Source of the DNA: Phoronis australis | Lineage: Eukaryota; Animalia; Phoronida | Assembly (NCBI GenBank): GCA_002633005.1 | Contig: NMRA01000089.1 | Coordinates: forward strand, 874,003 to 938,002 | Direction: 5' to 3' | DNA: 64,000 nt | In this document: positions 1 through 12,700 of the stretch, piece after piece | Numbering within the stretch: position 1 is the stretch's first letter | Layout of the letters: the number at the start of each line of letters is the position of its first letter | The notes under the pieces: generated by a model | The model's input: the letters and a program-made list of their open reading frames with translations, nothing else | What the model was told of the DNA's origin: nothing | Database searches by the model: none | Translations under genes and position numbers: made by a program

Positions 1-710
1 CACTGATATCTGGTGTAGGAAACAGCTTTTTGTGAAAGACACTTGTTCAGACTTGTTTTACCTGTGTGGTTTTTAAATTTACACAAGACTATCACTGGCT
101 ACCTAACTGGGAGGCATTGAGGAGTGTCTAGAAATCTGGTGGTCTGACTGAATGTCTAATTATTGTCAATGTCTGGCACTGGCTACCACATCAAAGCAGT
201 ACTTGGTTATCCTCAAACCAGACATTCTTGAGTTCAAGAGTTGTTAAGTTGGAAGGTGTACCTGCGCTGGCCATTCTAACTGATGACTTCTTGGAAGACT
301 TAGAAGATTTTGTTTTTGTATTTGTTTGTGTGTGACTCATTCAGTGTTCACTAGTTTGACTCGAAAAAATACTGGAGATGTAAAACACAGATGGATGATT
401 GTTTTAGGGATAAAACCGCTGAAAACATCAATTAGTGACGTCGAAGCTAATATATGTAAGGTGTGGATCCCAAACGCACGAACGGAGACTTCTCACGTGT
501 CCCTAAGTTTGTGCGCAAAGGAACGTTCTAAATATTATAGTCTGCGAAATGTATACATTATTACTAACATCTATGTTCAGAGTGGGCTGTCTTGCAGTGT
601 GTCACCAGTGAGATTTTATGTTTAACTGTGCTTAAAATATACATTTTAATGGTAATTTTCATTTGTTGTTTGTTTCAGGTAAGAAAGTAGATGGATCTAA
701 AAGATGAACA

Positions 711-791
711 ATGTCTGTGAAAAGCAATGGTAAACCAGTACTAGAGATGTCCTCGAGAGGAAAGGAACGACGGTCCAGCAACTACATCCAG
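711..791 (+). CDS. spri: Sprint/RIN coding exon 1 (MSVKSNGKPVLEMSSRGKERRSSNYIQ); exon acceptor at 678/679
   Basis: Pyrimidine tract plus CAG at 676-678, in-frame TGA at 705, ATG at 711, donor GTTTGT at 792. Phase 0 fits the next exon. Confidence 0.65.
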
Positions 792-3700
792 GTTTGTTTT
801 CATTTTGCTGTACCAACCACCTTCTAATCCAAATTTTATAACGTTCATCTTTGGAGTTGTGTGATTTTTACAGTCAAGTTATAAATTGAAGTATTGGTTA
901 CTCACTCAAACCTACTTGTGCATACCTAAAGACAAGACGCACATCAGAAGTATGTCTTTACATCACTGGCTATCTGTACGCAAAACATTAATCTGTCTTT
1001 CCCTACATATGGTTAGAATTTCAATACTTTGATCACTAGAAAACTGCACAAACTTGTTGATGTTTTTACGATTTGATGGTTCTGAAGTAAAGGGAAATGT
1101 GATTTGAAAATAGTTACAAAATGTACTGGGCGTGCTGTGTTAAGACATTTTGGCAGTGGTCAGCTTTACGGTAAATGAGCGGTTTATAGTAGTGTGCACT
1201 TTTCTGACTTCGCTGTTTGTGTATCGACTACACAAAAAGTATAATTATGTAAATTTTCTATTTTTGATTTTGCAAAACTTTTTGGTAAAAAATTATCAAC
1301 ACTAAATTAATGTAGTAAAAAGTTAACTTCATTAGAATCCTGGTTTGAACTTTTCAACTGTCTTCATATAATCATTAATTGTGTGAAATAGGGTTAAATC
1401 ACTTTACTTTTGTTAACTTATTACCTTTTCTTGGCTATTAAATATTGTGGTTTCCCATTTCAATAGTTTACCTTCTTGGTACTTAGGCATAGTTTAATGC
1501 TTTTGTAAAATAGTTTTGTGGTAAACCACAGGATAGGTAAAAGTAAAGCAATCACAGAATTTCTTGGCATTCTATTCTCTGTCAGTATCTCTCCAATGTC
1601 CGTCTTCTATTGTCGGACTTGAGGTCACGACGTTGGCACATCTTCGACTGTGCACTATTTTAACGAAGGGTCACATTCACCATTATTGACATGGGCAGTG
1701 CTATTATTTACAATAATTTTTCAAGTTGTTGATCCAAAACCAGGTCATTCCGTTCATTTATGATGAGAAAAATTGACCTGTCACCCCTTGAGATGTCCTC
1801 AACAATGGACTTGCCCGTGGCTGTATCTTTGAAAGAATCTTATATTTCAGCTCATCACAAGCATAGCCACTGATCTCGATGTTCTTTTGAGTGACCTCTG
1901 CGGACGTCGTCCAGTGGTCCGTGCGGACAAGGTGTCAGTGGACGAAAACAGGTGAGAGTTCTTGCCTAGACATTTATTTACTGTTTTGGTGAAATAAGAT
2001 TGCACATTCAGGTGTTGTGGCCTAAGTTTGTTTCTTTTACCTATACATGCTGGTTGTGTATTTGACTTATGTTTGCTGTGGTGCAGTCAAGTATTCAAAT
2101 AGTAAATCTAGTTGGTGGTGACAAAATGTTGTCGTGTTGGATGGTCATAATATCTTGAATATGTGATGTTTTCATAATTACTAAATTTCAGCATCATGGT
2201 ATTGAACGGAAGTACAGGAAATGTGACTTACTGGAAAAACTAATTCTAAATTTTAATCTCAGAAAAAGGAATGTGGATGGAACTATTTTGTTGCTTTATG
2301 TCTAAAATTGCTTCTAATTTGTCTGTTGTGTTATTGACCAGCAGTTTTTCTTTCAAACAAAACGTGTCAAGCCTTTGTTCCTTTTGTCTGTCCCTTATTC
2401 ACACTTGCCACCTAAGACCAACTGTCAATACAGTATTCTGGGAATTCATAATTCATCATCAATGCTAATCGGAAACGGGTTGCAATTACATCCACGCTGG
2501 GAACATCTATTAGCATATTAATATGTATTAAGTTGCGTCTCAGACGGCAACATATGGATTCAGTAGTTCTCCTGGGGGATAGACCACATGGCAGTTCGCA
2601 CTGAGTTTTAAGAAAGACTCGGACATTTTGTTCCCATGTATATCACACCCTTTTTCTTCCGTTGTCTGGAAAGTATAAACCAGTGGTTCGTGAAGCGCAA
2701 TTTGAAGATGATTACTGACTGGTTTAATATCACAGTAGTTCACCTATACAGAATTAAATTATTCATGTATCAAGAATTGGCATTTCATTAGTATTCAGCA
2801 GAGTGTTTTCAAAAGACCCATGTGTATTTACGTGATGGCTTCTTTATCGTAATTTATGTTATAAAAGTGTTATTCTGTGAAATATCACCTACTTTTCTTT
2901 GTGAAAATGATTGATTAGGTTTTAATTTTCTAGTGACTGAGTGGTTTTATGGCCAATTAGCTTATAGTGACCAGTATTGAGGATGGGTCATTTGACATTA
3001 AAGGTCAGTCTCTGGTGTTGTTTTGTTCGTAGCAATAGCGTGAGAAATGAGGTAAAGGCTGCTTTTTGCTTAGAAATAATGGATTTTATGAGATTAATAT
3101 TCTTGAATAGAGAATCGAAACTCTGCTTTCAGTGTGAAGTTTTGGACATTTTTGAATTTCATAGTCAGTACTCTTAAAGGGGGCCTAGTACTCTTAAAGG
3201 GGCCTGAGTCAGAGTTGTGGGATTAAAATTTGTTAAGTCTCAAAGATATCACCGTTTTGTTGATTAAAACTGCTCCATCAATCTTAGTATGGAATGTGAA
3301 CTCTTCCAAGATACATGGATTTGTTGGTTACAATTTTGTTTAATCAGTTGTTGACTAGGCTGTAAAGTGTCCCCAAAGGACATACCAGGGTTTTGTTGGT
3401 TACATGTTTGTTTGATCAGATCTTGACGTAATCAATGAAATAGGCTTTCAGAGAAATACTGTGTATGACATGCTATCCCTCTCTGATTTGACAAGGTCAT
3501 TTACATCAAATGTCAATCAGATATATCCCTGAACTCTTCATCAAGATAATCATCGATACGAGAATTGATAATCTAGTCTTTCCATCATTCTATTGCCCTA
3601 TTCCTGAATGAGATTGTGAATGCAGCATAGCCAAGAGGTGTTTTGTGTCTGCTGCTACGATATATTCCAAGTAATTTTGATGACTTCAAATTTGAGTTTT

Positions 3701-6700
3701 CTTTATTGATGATTTAATCTAGAGTAGAAAAATCTTTTGATTAATTATTGTTTTTAGTTAATTCATGTACCACTGACAGTATGGTACGGCCTTTGAAGAA
3801 CTATTCGTTCCCTTCATTGTAGAATACAATTTTCAGAAAGGGGAATTTTTTGTTGTCAAATTTCTTGTCAGAAATGAACAAGAAATGATAACTTCATTAT
3901 CATAGAAGTTTATTTTGTACAAGTGTCTACTAATTGGGCAATGGGAAACTTGAGATGTTAGAAAATTTTAGGACTGAAATTAAAATTTGAAAATGGTAAA
4001 ATGATAGTTTCGTAATAACGTTTGTTTCAAACTTAAGTTTTGTTTTGCATTTTTCAGTGCATATTCACGTTTTCAGATGAATTTTCTGAGAATGCTTGTG
4101 ACACCGTGGCAACATCTGTCAGTTGGCACAATATTCATGTTGTGGTTTTTCGGCCGTTGCTATCCGGTTTCCTCACCAGAGGTCTTCACGTGTCTTGTGA
4201 ATGAAAACCACTGCAGACAATTGGCAATGTATCACATTTCGCCCACTGTTTTCCCATGGGGTTCACCCGGCCTTATTAATAATGTGTACATTTGTCCGCG
4301 TCTGCTACCTGCATGTGTATATTGAGATATATAGACTAATGAGAACTCGTATTGGCTCATAGGTGAAACAGTTCATTCTACGGTGATCGTAATACAGGTA
4401 CCTAGTGTGGGTTAAGTGTTAGACACAATCAACAATGCTGGCAGGTGACTACTCTTTTTTGTCTGCTCTTTTGAACTTTCGGTTGATTTTCAGTTGATTT
4501 CACTCACAGAAAGCACTCACCAACTTAGCCTACTAAAAGCAGTTGATGGGAGTTTTGTTTTGTTAATAATAGTGATCTTCAAGAAATTTTAGACTTTGTC
4601 TTGAGTATGCTGTTATGATGTACAGCTTTCTTAAACAAAAAATCTATACATTTTAACAATGTTATCAGCATTTGAACTGTAGAAATATGACTTTCACCAG
4701 TTATTGCTGAGCAAACTGAACAGAGGTTACCGCAATACAATATGTTAAGATAGATCATTTTATGTTTGGATGTTTCAGTTAGTTTTACTGACTGTTCTGG
4801 GTGGTGGTACATTGTGCCTTTGACGTTGTCTAATCTGCTCTCACTTAAGGAAGGTTATGTTTGGTGTTCAATGATTTAATTTGAAAATATGCTGATAGAG
4901 ACTTCTTTTGAAGTTCCAGTGTCTTTGTGAATACCCACAACCTGAGAATTTTAATTCCCAAAATGTAACTAATTGGATTACCTTTGAGAAATGCTCACCC
5001 AGTTCGTGGGGCACATTGCAGCATTCAGGTGAGAAAATGTCCACTCTTTACTGAAGGAGGTGTTATATGATTCTTTTGACTCGTATGCGCTATAATATTG
5101 TCGTACTTGTGTGTACCCATCTTCTCTCAACTTGCTCCGGCCCCGGAGTTTTCAATTGCCCAACATAAGACACTGGTGGTGTTAAGGTGTACAAGTGTGG
5201 TATTTTACTTCAAACAAAGAACAAGGCTTGGAATTTTCCTCTTTTAAGAGGATTTCACTTATTTGATTTCTAGTTTCCTCCTTTTACGTCTCCTTGTTAT
5301 CATTCTTTGAATTTGTTCATGCAAAAACATTTATTTCAGTTAAGTTTTGTGACACAAAAATATTTCTATCAAACATCAATTATATAAAATGCATCTCTTG
5401 CACAAACTCCGTCTCCTCCGCTCCACATTAGACCTTTGTTTCGTGCTTTTCGTCACCGCCTTCGTCCTAGGTATTGCACCGGCCCCCTATTAGGATTCGA
5501 GGTGTTCTATTTTTTTTCTCGCGGATCGTTTTTTCGCGGACGCGGAGGGAGGGTGGCCAGTTGCATACTGGCCTTGGTGACGTCAGTCGGTCAGCTCAAA
5601 AAGCCTGGGTGACGTTACTCCGTCGGCTTAATTTCACTCCCTCCGGCTTCTGTCGCGTATATAATTCATCGGGCCTGTCGCCGCCAAAATTAATGATGCC
5701 TCATTAAAAAAATTGTACTCTTCCTTGAGTAAACTAAATTATTTACCCAGATGTTGGAAAATTGGCGTTCTTCTGTTATTCTGCTGCTAAAATTGCGATG
5801 CGCTCTTTGTGCGCCATTGCGTCACCTATCGGGCCAAGTTCTTCAATCAACTGTGGATTTTCATAACAATCGGAAGTGATTTCATTTCGTTACAAGTTTT
5901 TACTAGTATTTTAATACCAAAACAACAATTTCAGAAAGTACTCTCGAGAGATATCGCAAAGTTTGGGAAAATGGCGCTTTCATGCGCGTGTCACGAGATT
6001 GCACTGTTTTTCAAAATGACGGCAGATACAAAAGGCGGAGAATTGCGAAAAATAACGTTTATTAGATTTTGTTTACTTCTATAAACGGCTGTAACGGGCA
6101 CTGTGAATGTCGATTCATTCCCAGATTCTGCATGCACCCCTGCACTAAAGCAGGTTGTTAGCTCTAAGTTTCAAGACGAGGTGAGCACCCAGGTTGTGTG
6201 AAATTTCGGTGTCTTACGAAACTCTACACACGGCTACCTAGCTGCATGTTGACGAAAGTCTTCATACAGCTAGCTGGCTTTCTACTTCAGTATGTACATT
6301 TAAGATGCAACTTTTGTAAATACATCCAGGGTCAGATCCAGGATTTTGAGTTGGGGGGGGGGGCACGGCAAATAGAGTATTGGCCAGAATTTTGCAATTC
6401 ACTGAGACATTCGCACCCCCGAACTGCCCTTGACCCCCCTCTAAATCCGCCACAGCCGCACACCTCACCTTAATTGCCTACTAAAATCTGACAGGTGACA
6501 GAAATTCTGCTTGAAGCTTTGAACACGGTCTCTTCAAGAAGTATTCCTGTCTCTTGCGATGAACACTCAATCGGTTCACTCTTAGGTGTAGCTATTTCCC
6601 CTCGGCGTTTCCCACTAGCTGTACGGGTAACGGCTAGTGCCTATTTATGGAATGACACATCACCTGGAAAATTTTCTTTTTTGTCATTAGTCATTCCAAG

Positions 6701-9700
6701 CCTTGAAAGAATTCAATTTGATCCAGCAACAGCTTGAAGGTAACTAGCTGAAGGTGAAGGAACATTGATTTTCCATTTTTAACATTTTTGAGGTTACAGT
6801 TTAATAATTGGGCTAGTTAATAAAGTTCATTATGTGCCGAATTGATTTTTTTGCTTGAAACAGGTCGTGCTTGCGTGTGTATGAGCCCCAGTTGTTTTCT
6901 AAAGTTTGATTTGCCCCTTGGCTACAGGAAATAGATTGCGATATGAAAAGTTCACGCCATAGCCATGTGTTGTTACTAAGTAAATAATAGGTGAAAAGAG
7001 CTTCAAAAATTACAAACAGAATTTGTTCTGTGATGACGTACTCGTCTTGTTAGTCTTTGAACAAGATTTTTCATTCAAAGAGTCATAAGGCCGCCTTGAA
7101 GGCAAACAAGTTAGAGGAACATGACCTAATGCTCTACCAACATCACGTTTTCATGTTAATTTTGACGGGTACGAAACCAAAATTTGGTGAAAATCGTGTA
7201 CTCTTGTGTGCGCATTTTGAAAAGTCCATGTTTCTCATAGTGCCGGATTTTTCTCATCCTTTCTCTAATTTCCACATTTTCTGAACTGATAACATCTTCT
7301 CTGTCTACTCAGCAGAATTTTTCTAAATTCGGCTGTTCAGTAATGTACCCAAAACCGAGAAGAAATCTTAATGGGAACTTGTGACTTTTTGAATGGTAGT
7401 TTTCCTCAGCTTTAAATCAAATGAAAATTTCCAGAAGAATAAGTCATATTGAAGGCAGGCAAACTGTTCCAAATTTTAGAAGGCCTAGGAGGTGTTATGT
7501 ATTCTTGGAAAACATAACATGAATCTGCTAATTCTTACTAGCCATAACATCATCAAATTTCCTGTGGCTGGGAATGTTTTATTTAGATTTTAAAATGTAT
7601 TTACATCATTGCCTAAATCTCTTATTGGAAAGAGAATGAAATGTTATGCCTTAGTGCAGTTAATGAAAATGGCTACAAATCGTAAGCGAACCCTCGCCTT
7701 CTATTCTCTGTCACTTTAGAAATAGGCAAAAAATGTGCTACTATAAGGTTGCACATATCATTCAGTTTAAATAAACACGAGTATGAATGATGAATGCGCC
7801 AGTGGACGACTCGTAGGTTAAGCTTTGTGCGTAAATGTACCGGTACAACATTGCTGCAGTCAGTGGTAGTAACACGTGGAACGTTATTTGTTGAATGTCA
7901 TATGGGATAGGTGAGTGAATACACTTGAGACTTCCTATACGCTGACGGTCTGTCTGCTGACGGTCTGTCTGCTGTTGCCTGCACTTCAGTCGCCTCTCGG
8001 TCAGTTGATAGTAAATAGTTTACACATGCTAGTCTTTATTCAGGTAAAATTTAATCTGTGGTATCCGGTTGTCGTTAACAGAAGTCTGTGAACAGTGTTT
8101 TTGTTTTACTTTGAAGTCGTCTGCTTTTTTGCAAGTGCCTTGGGTTCCGTGGCAGAGTCAGTTCCACTTGACACATTTTGTTAACTTTTTACATCACTTA
8201 GGGCACAATTCCTTATTCAGTGCATTGTTAAACTTCTTTTGAAGAGATATAAACTTGTCAACTGTCTCTCAAAGGTGACTTTGGTCTTTCTCAGGTTATC
8301 TGCCATCTTTTTTTCTCCTTTTCTGATGCACACCAGGTGGTGAGACAGATTTCAGTTTGGCAATGATTTGAATACACTCCTCTGTTAGACAAAAGGTGCT
8401 GTTCAAAGTTGATTACGGAACGATGTATCATTTCTATTCCACATTACCATATTCATTGTCACGTCGGATGAACATGTTTCACGGTTCCTGTCGTTGCTCA
8501 CGTACACACCGTTACCTATGTTTAATTCAACAGTTTGTACAATCATGGAAAATGGTTGTAACAAGAGCTGACGAAGATGTTTGAACAGAGTTCATTCGTT
8601 AACGTTCCTAAGTTTTACCGGAACCTTTTATTAGTTATGAACCATCTAGCTTGTGACTGGTTGAAGCTGCACCTTGTTTGTATTTAGATGTCAAAAATAA
8701 CGAACACAACACTAAGTAACTTTCCCAACAAACTCAGCTCCAGTTTTTTTCCTTATCATAATTTCTAGGACGTCATTTTGTTGCCTCAAAGAACATTTGA
8801 AGCATGTACGAGCACAGATGCGCTGGCCCGCCTGTTCCAAAATCTACTCTACAATTCAGTCCCAGGTCATTTCACAATGTCAACCAGAATGTTGGAACTG
8901 ATGTAAGAAAATTTCTTGACTCAGTTTGACACAGACTTACCCGGTATTTAGTAATTTCTTGGTGTCACCTTTAAACAGGAAGTGGACAGGAAATACAGTT
9001 TGAAGTGGCCTTAGTTTTTTTGGTCAAAGTGCATTGGTTATTTCCTAAACTAAAATCTACCGGTAATCAAGTTTGCCTTGCTGTCAACAGTTTGTTCCAA
9101 TATTGCCTGTCTTTTCAGTGACTATAGACATGTCCTGGGGTGACTGGTGTATTATGTTGAAGTTTGCCTAAATTATAATTTGGTTTACATTACAGTCATA
9201 AGTTCAGTTGGTTAAATATTGTCTGTCTCACAATTTGTAGTGTCCTCTAAGGCAATTTTGTCTGCTTATAACATTTGGTTTAAGCTTGGCGTTAAATTAA
9301 AATTTTAAACAAATATTTTGTAACTTCTTTTTATTTAAGTTATGACAATAATGACACAGGTGATAGTATGACACAGGTAATAGTTGAAACAGTTAGGGTA
9401 ATAACATTGCTGATTTGTCTATTTGAGTGCACTTTTCATAATCTTGCTAAAAATAAAGAAAATGACTTGGATTAGGAGACTGGCAAGTAGTAACATAACC
9501 ATTGATTACATTGGCCTGTATACTAGTGACCTCTAGAGGATGAGTGGACAGTTTCACTTTTCTTTGAAAGGTATCCCGTCTAATTACATGTGCTGTAAAA
9601 GTTTTTTTCACAAAGTTGAACTTAATTCCTTTTGCCACCCGATTCAAGAAGTACCGCCTGCTTCAGCCAGGTGGCGATAAGAGTCGTTGATCCCACATGA

Positions 9701-12700
9701 TCAACCCCATTGCTTCCTGAATGTCTGCAGTATTCCCATCGTGACATCTGAGCAATTTCGGAATTTCCCATGTTGATAGCTGAACTTTAATAGAATTTCC
9801 CCATCATCATGACTCGGTGCATGCGGAATTCCCGTCGGATTCACTAGAATGACAGTTATGTGGGTCATTACCCGTCATACCTGGGAAGCAGCACTTGCCG
9901 TAAATCCCGTCCGCACACAGCTTTCCCTAGAGCAACGTACCCCACTTTTGAGTGAATCGTCCGCACACACACACATGTCCCATAACTAGGGTAAGGCTGA
10001 AGTTGTCGCTCTGTGCGTGACAATGAACACCTAATGCAAATACGTGGCGCAAAAGAAAACCCGGCTATATGTAACCGCACCTGATAATTACTTCCGCCTT
10101 GTCCAGGTTTGCGGCCACACAGGAATTACAAGTGGTGCAAGTTGCCCTAGAACAAGTTACGCCACCTCGATAAGATGGAGTAAGTTGTCACAAGTGGGGT
10201 AAGTTGCGCTAGTTTAAATAGCGTCCACACAGCACTCAAATCTAGCAGACAACTCATTCCAGGAGTTACTTGTTCTAGGGCAAGTCTGTGTGTGGACAGC
10301 ACTATAGTCTGTGTGCCCACGGGAACTATTATCTGATTACTTTTGACTTGTACTTTAACCTGGGCGTAAGTAGCACTTGAAACCTTCATTCATCATCAAC
10401 CCTTTGTATGGTCATGTACTTCTGTTATTGAAATCCCTGGAATCCCCTGGAGTGTTTTCTGTATCAATGAGGCACTGCAGTTTAATTTACTTATTTTCAA
10501 ATTACCCCTGATTCAAGAGTCTGTTGTGTATTCACTCACTGAGAAGGAATTGATATATTGTGTGTCTGCTTGCAGCCACAACACTGGTGTGTACAAGCCA
10601 GTAGCCTCCAGCTCCACAACAGGGGTCACTGTTGTTGTTATTGTTGTCTTGGGGAGTTAATTGGCTTATTACACTAGTTTCTAAATAGCCACTGGCAACC
10701 GAGACCAATACTTTTTGTGGCTGGTTGTCCCCTGTCTTCTGTGAGTAGCCACTGTCCTGATCAGTTGCTGTCAGACTATGATTTGTAGTTTGTTGTCCAA
10801 GGTATTATGTCTCGAAATTTCATTATTGTTGCACTTTTAGTCAAATGTGATTTATAAAGGTATTTTAAAAGTCATCATGCAACAAGAGAGTCCCAACTGT
10901 CTCAGTATCTTGCTTTTACATGGTTATTTTTTCTCCCTGTTTGTGGTTTTGCTATTTTTTGCTAGCTGGTCTTTGTCAAAATATCCAAAACCAAAAAAAA
11001 AACTGGAAATGTCAGTCAATACTATCAAGGTTTCATTATCAAATGAAAAGAATTTTGTAATGCAGCCAGGAATTTCAACCTGACATTCCACCTGTCAAAA
11101 GTTCACCGGAATTATTTTTACCCCCAGGAATAACAATCGTGAACTTTGACTTATTATCTGCGTCCACACACACATTTAAATTGGACAAGAATTGGCCATT
11201 TTGCTTCCACAATCGTCTATTTACCTTTTGTCTGCCACAACTCAATGGACGTCTCAGAGTTGCACTGACTCCAGCTAATGTTATGATTGGTTGATTGATT
11301 GAAGGCAGGTAGAATGCAATTCCTTGGCCATCTCACACCTATTTTACGCACCTGAGGCCATGAGCAAGTCAGTCTTTACCTGTATACAAACACACAGGAA
11401 CACATACACACCTGTCTGCTCAGAATTGTCTGCAGTTAAGTGTCACATGATCAGATTCCGTCTGCTTCAACTGATCTGTGGTATGACTTGCTGTGATGGG
11501 ACAGGTGGTTTCTTGCCTCTGTTCATGGACTGTCCATTGAGATGTGCCGTTGGATTAGAGACTGTGCAGGTATTGTACCGTACTCAGTTGCCATCATGTA
11601 TTGGAAGTTGTACTAGAGATCTGAATGTTGTCTGGTCTTATTTCACCACCAGGATTTTGCTACAAGAGAACCAATTATTTGTCCTGTTCTGACCTGGGTT
11701 CTGGTACCTTTGATGTCTAAATATAAATGGCAACTTCACCTGTTTTCTTTATTGGCGAACTAAGAACAAGGCACCTCAGCTTTGGAATAGACATGTGTTT
11801 CAGATATAATAATTTTGAAGTTCTTGTACAGAGCTTTTAAAGACAATGGATGTTTTAAATTTTCTTCTCAGCATCTTTGAGCATTTGGCGCATTGTCATC
11901 AACTTAGTTGTATTAGTCTGTTTTGGAATACTATGTTTCTTTTAGAAAAAAAAAATTGTTTTGAGAATGAAATGTACAAATTAGCGTGAATGACTTTGAT
12001 AAGTAGAGTTCACTAGTTTTTCAATTTGACTAAATCGAAACAAGGTACGTCAGAGCGAAATGTCTCCATCTGGCTCTCAGTAACACAGTCTCTTACAAAC
12101 AACCTCAAAAACTGCATCTTGCATGCTATGTATACAAGTATGTGTTGGACAAAAGCTGTAGTTAGTGATTGTGTACATTCATTTAAAATTCTAAACGGTT
12201 GATCCCTGATCAATTTGCTTCTGATTTCGGTAGAATTTTTCCTTGTCCTGCCAACAACTAGTTTTAGTCATTTTTTTTAAAAACTTGCTGACTGTTGTTT
12301 GGCAGGTATAACAAAAACAGACTTGTGCAGGCATAACAGGCAAATGTTTTTGTCACCCACTCCGCTAAATGTAGTTTACGAGACAGTATTGAAGAGTGAA
12401 GGTTGCCAGCTAAAGGTTTGTTGCACAAGAGCATGGGAGGAACATTGTGGTACTGGAGAACTATTGAGCTTTAACAATTGATGTTTGGTTGTGCTTGATC
12501 AGTCATTGGCGTCTTTGAGTTTCGTTTTTGCACTAAGCCGAATGTGAGTCTATGAGCAGACGCTAATGTGCTTAAACTTCGGGTATAATCTTTTGATTTT
12601 TTGTTCTGCTGAAACTTGAATGATAGCAGGCTGTACTTCTTTGCTTTGACTAATTACCTGAGGCAGCCAGGCCTGTCAATCAGCAGAGCAGTGGTTGGCC

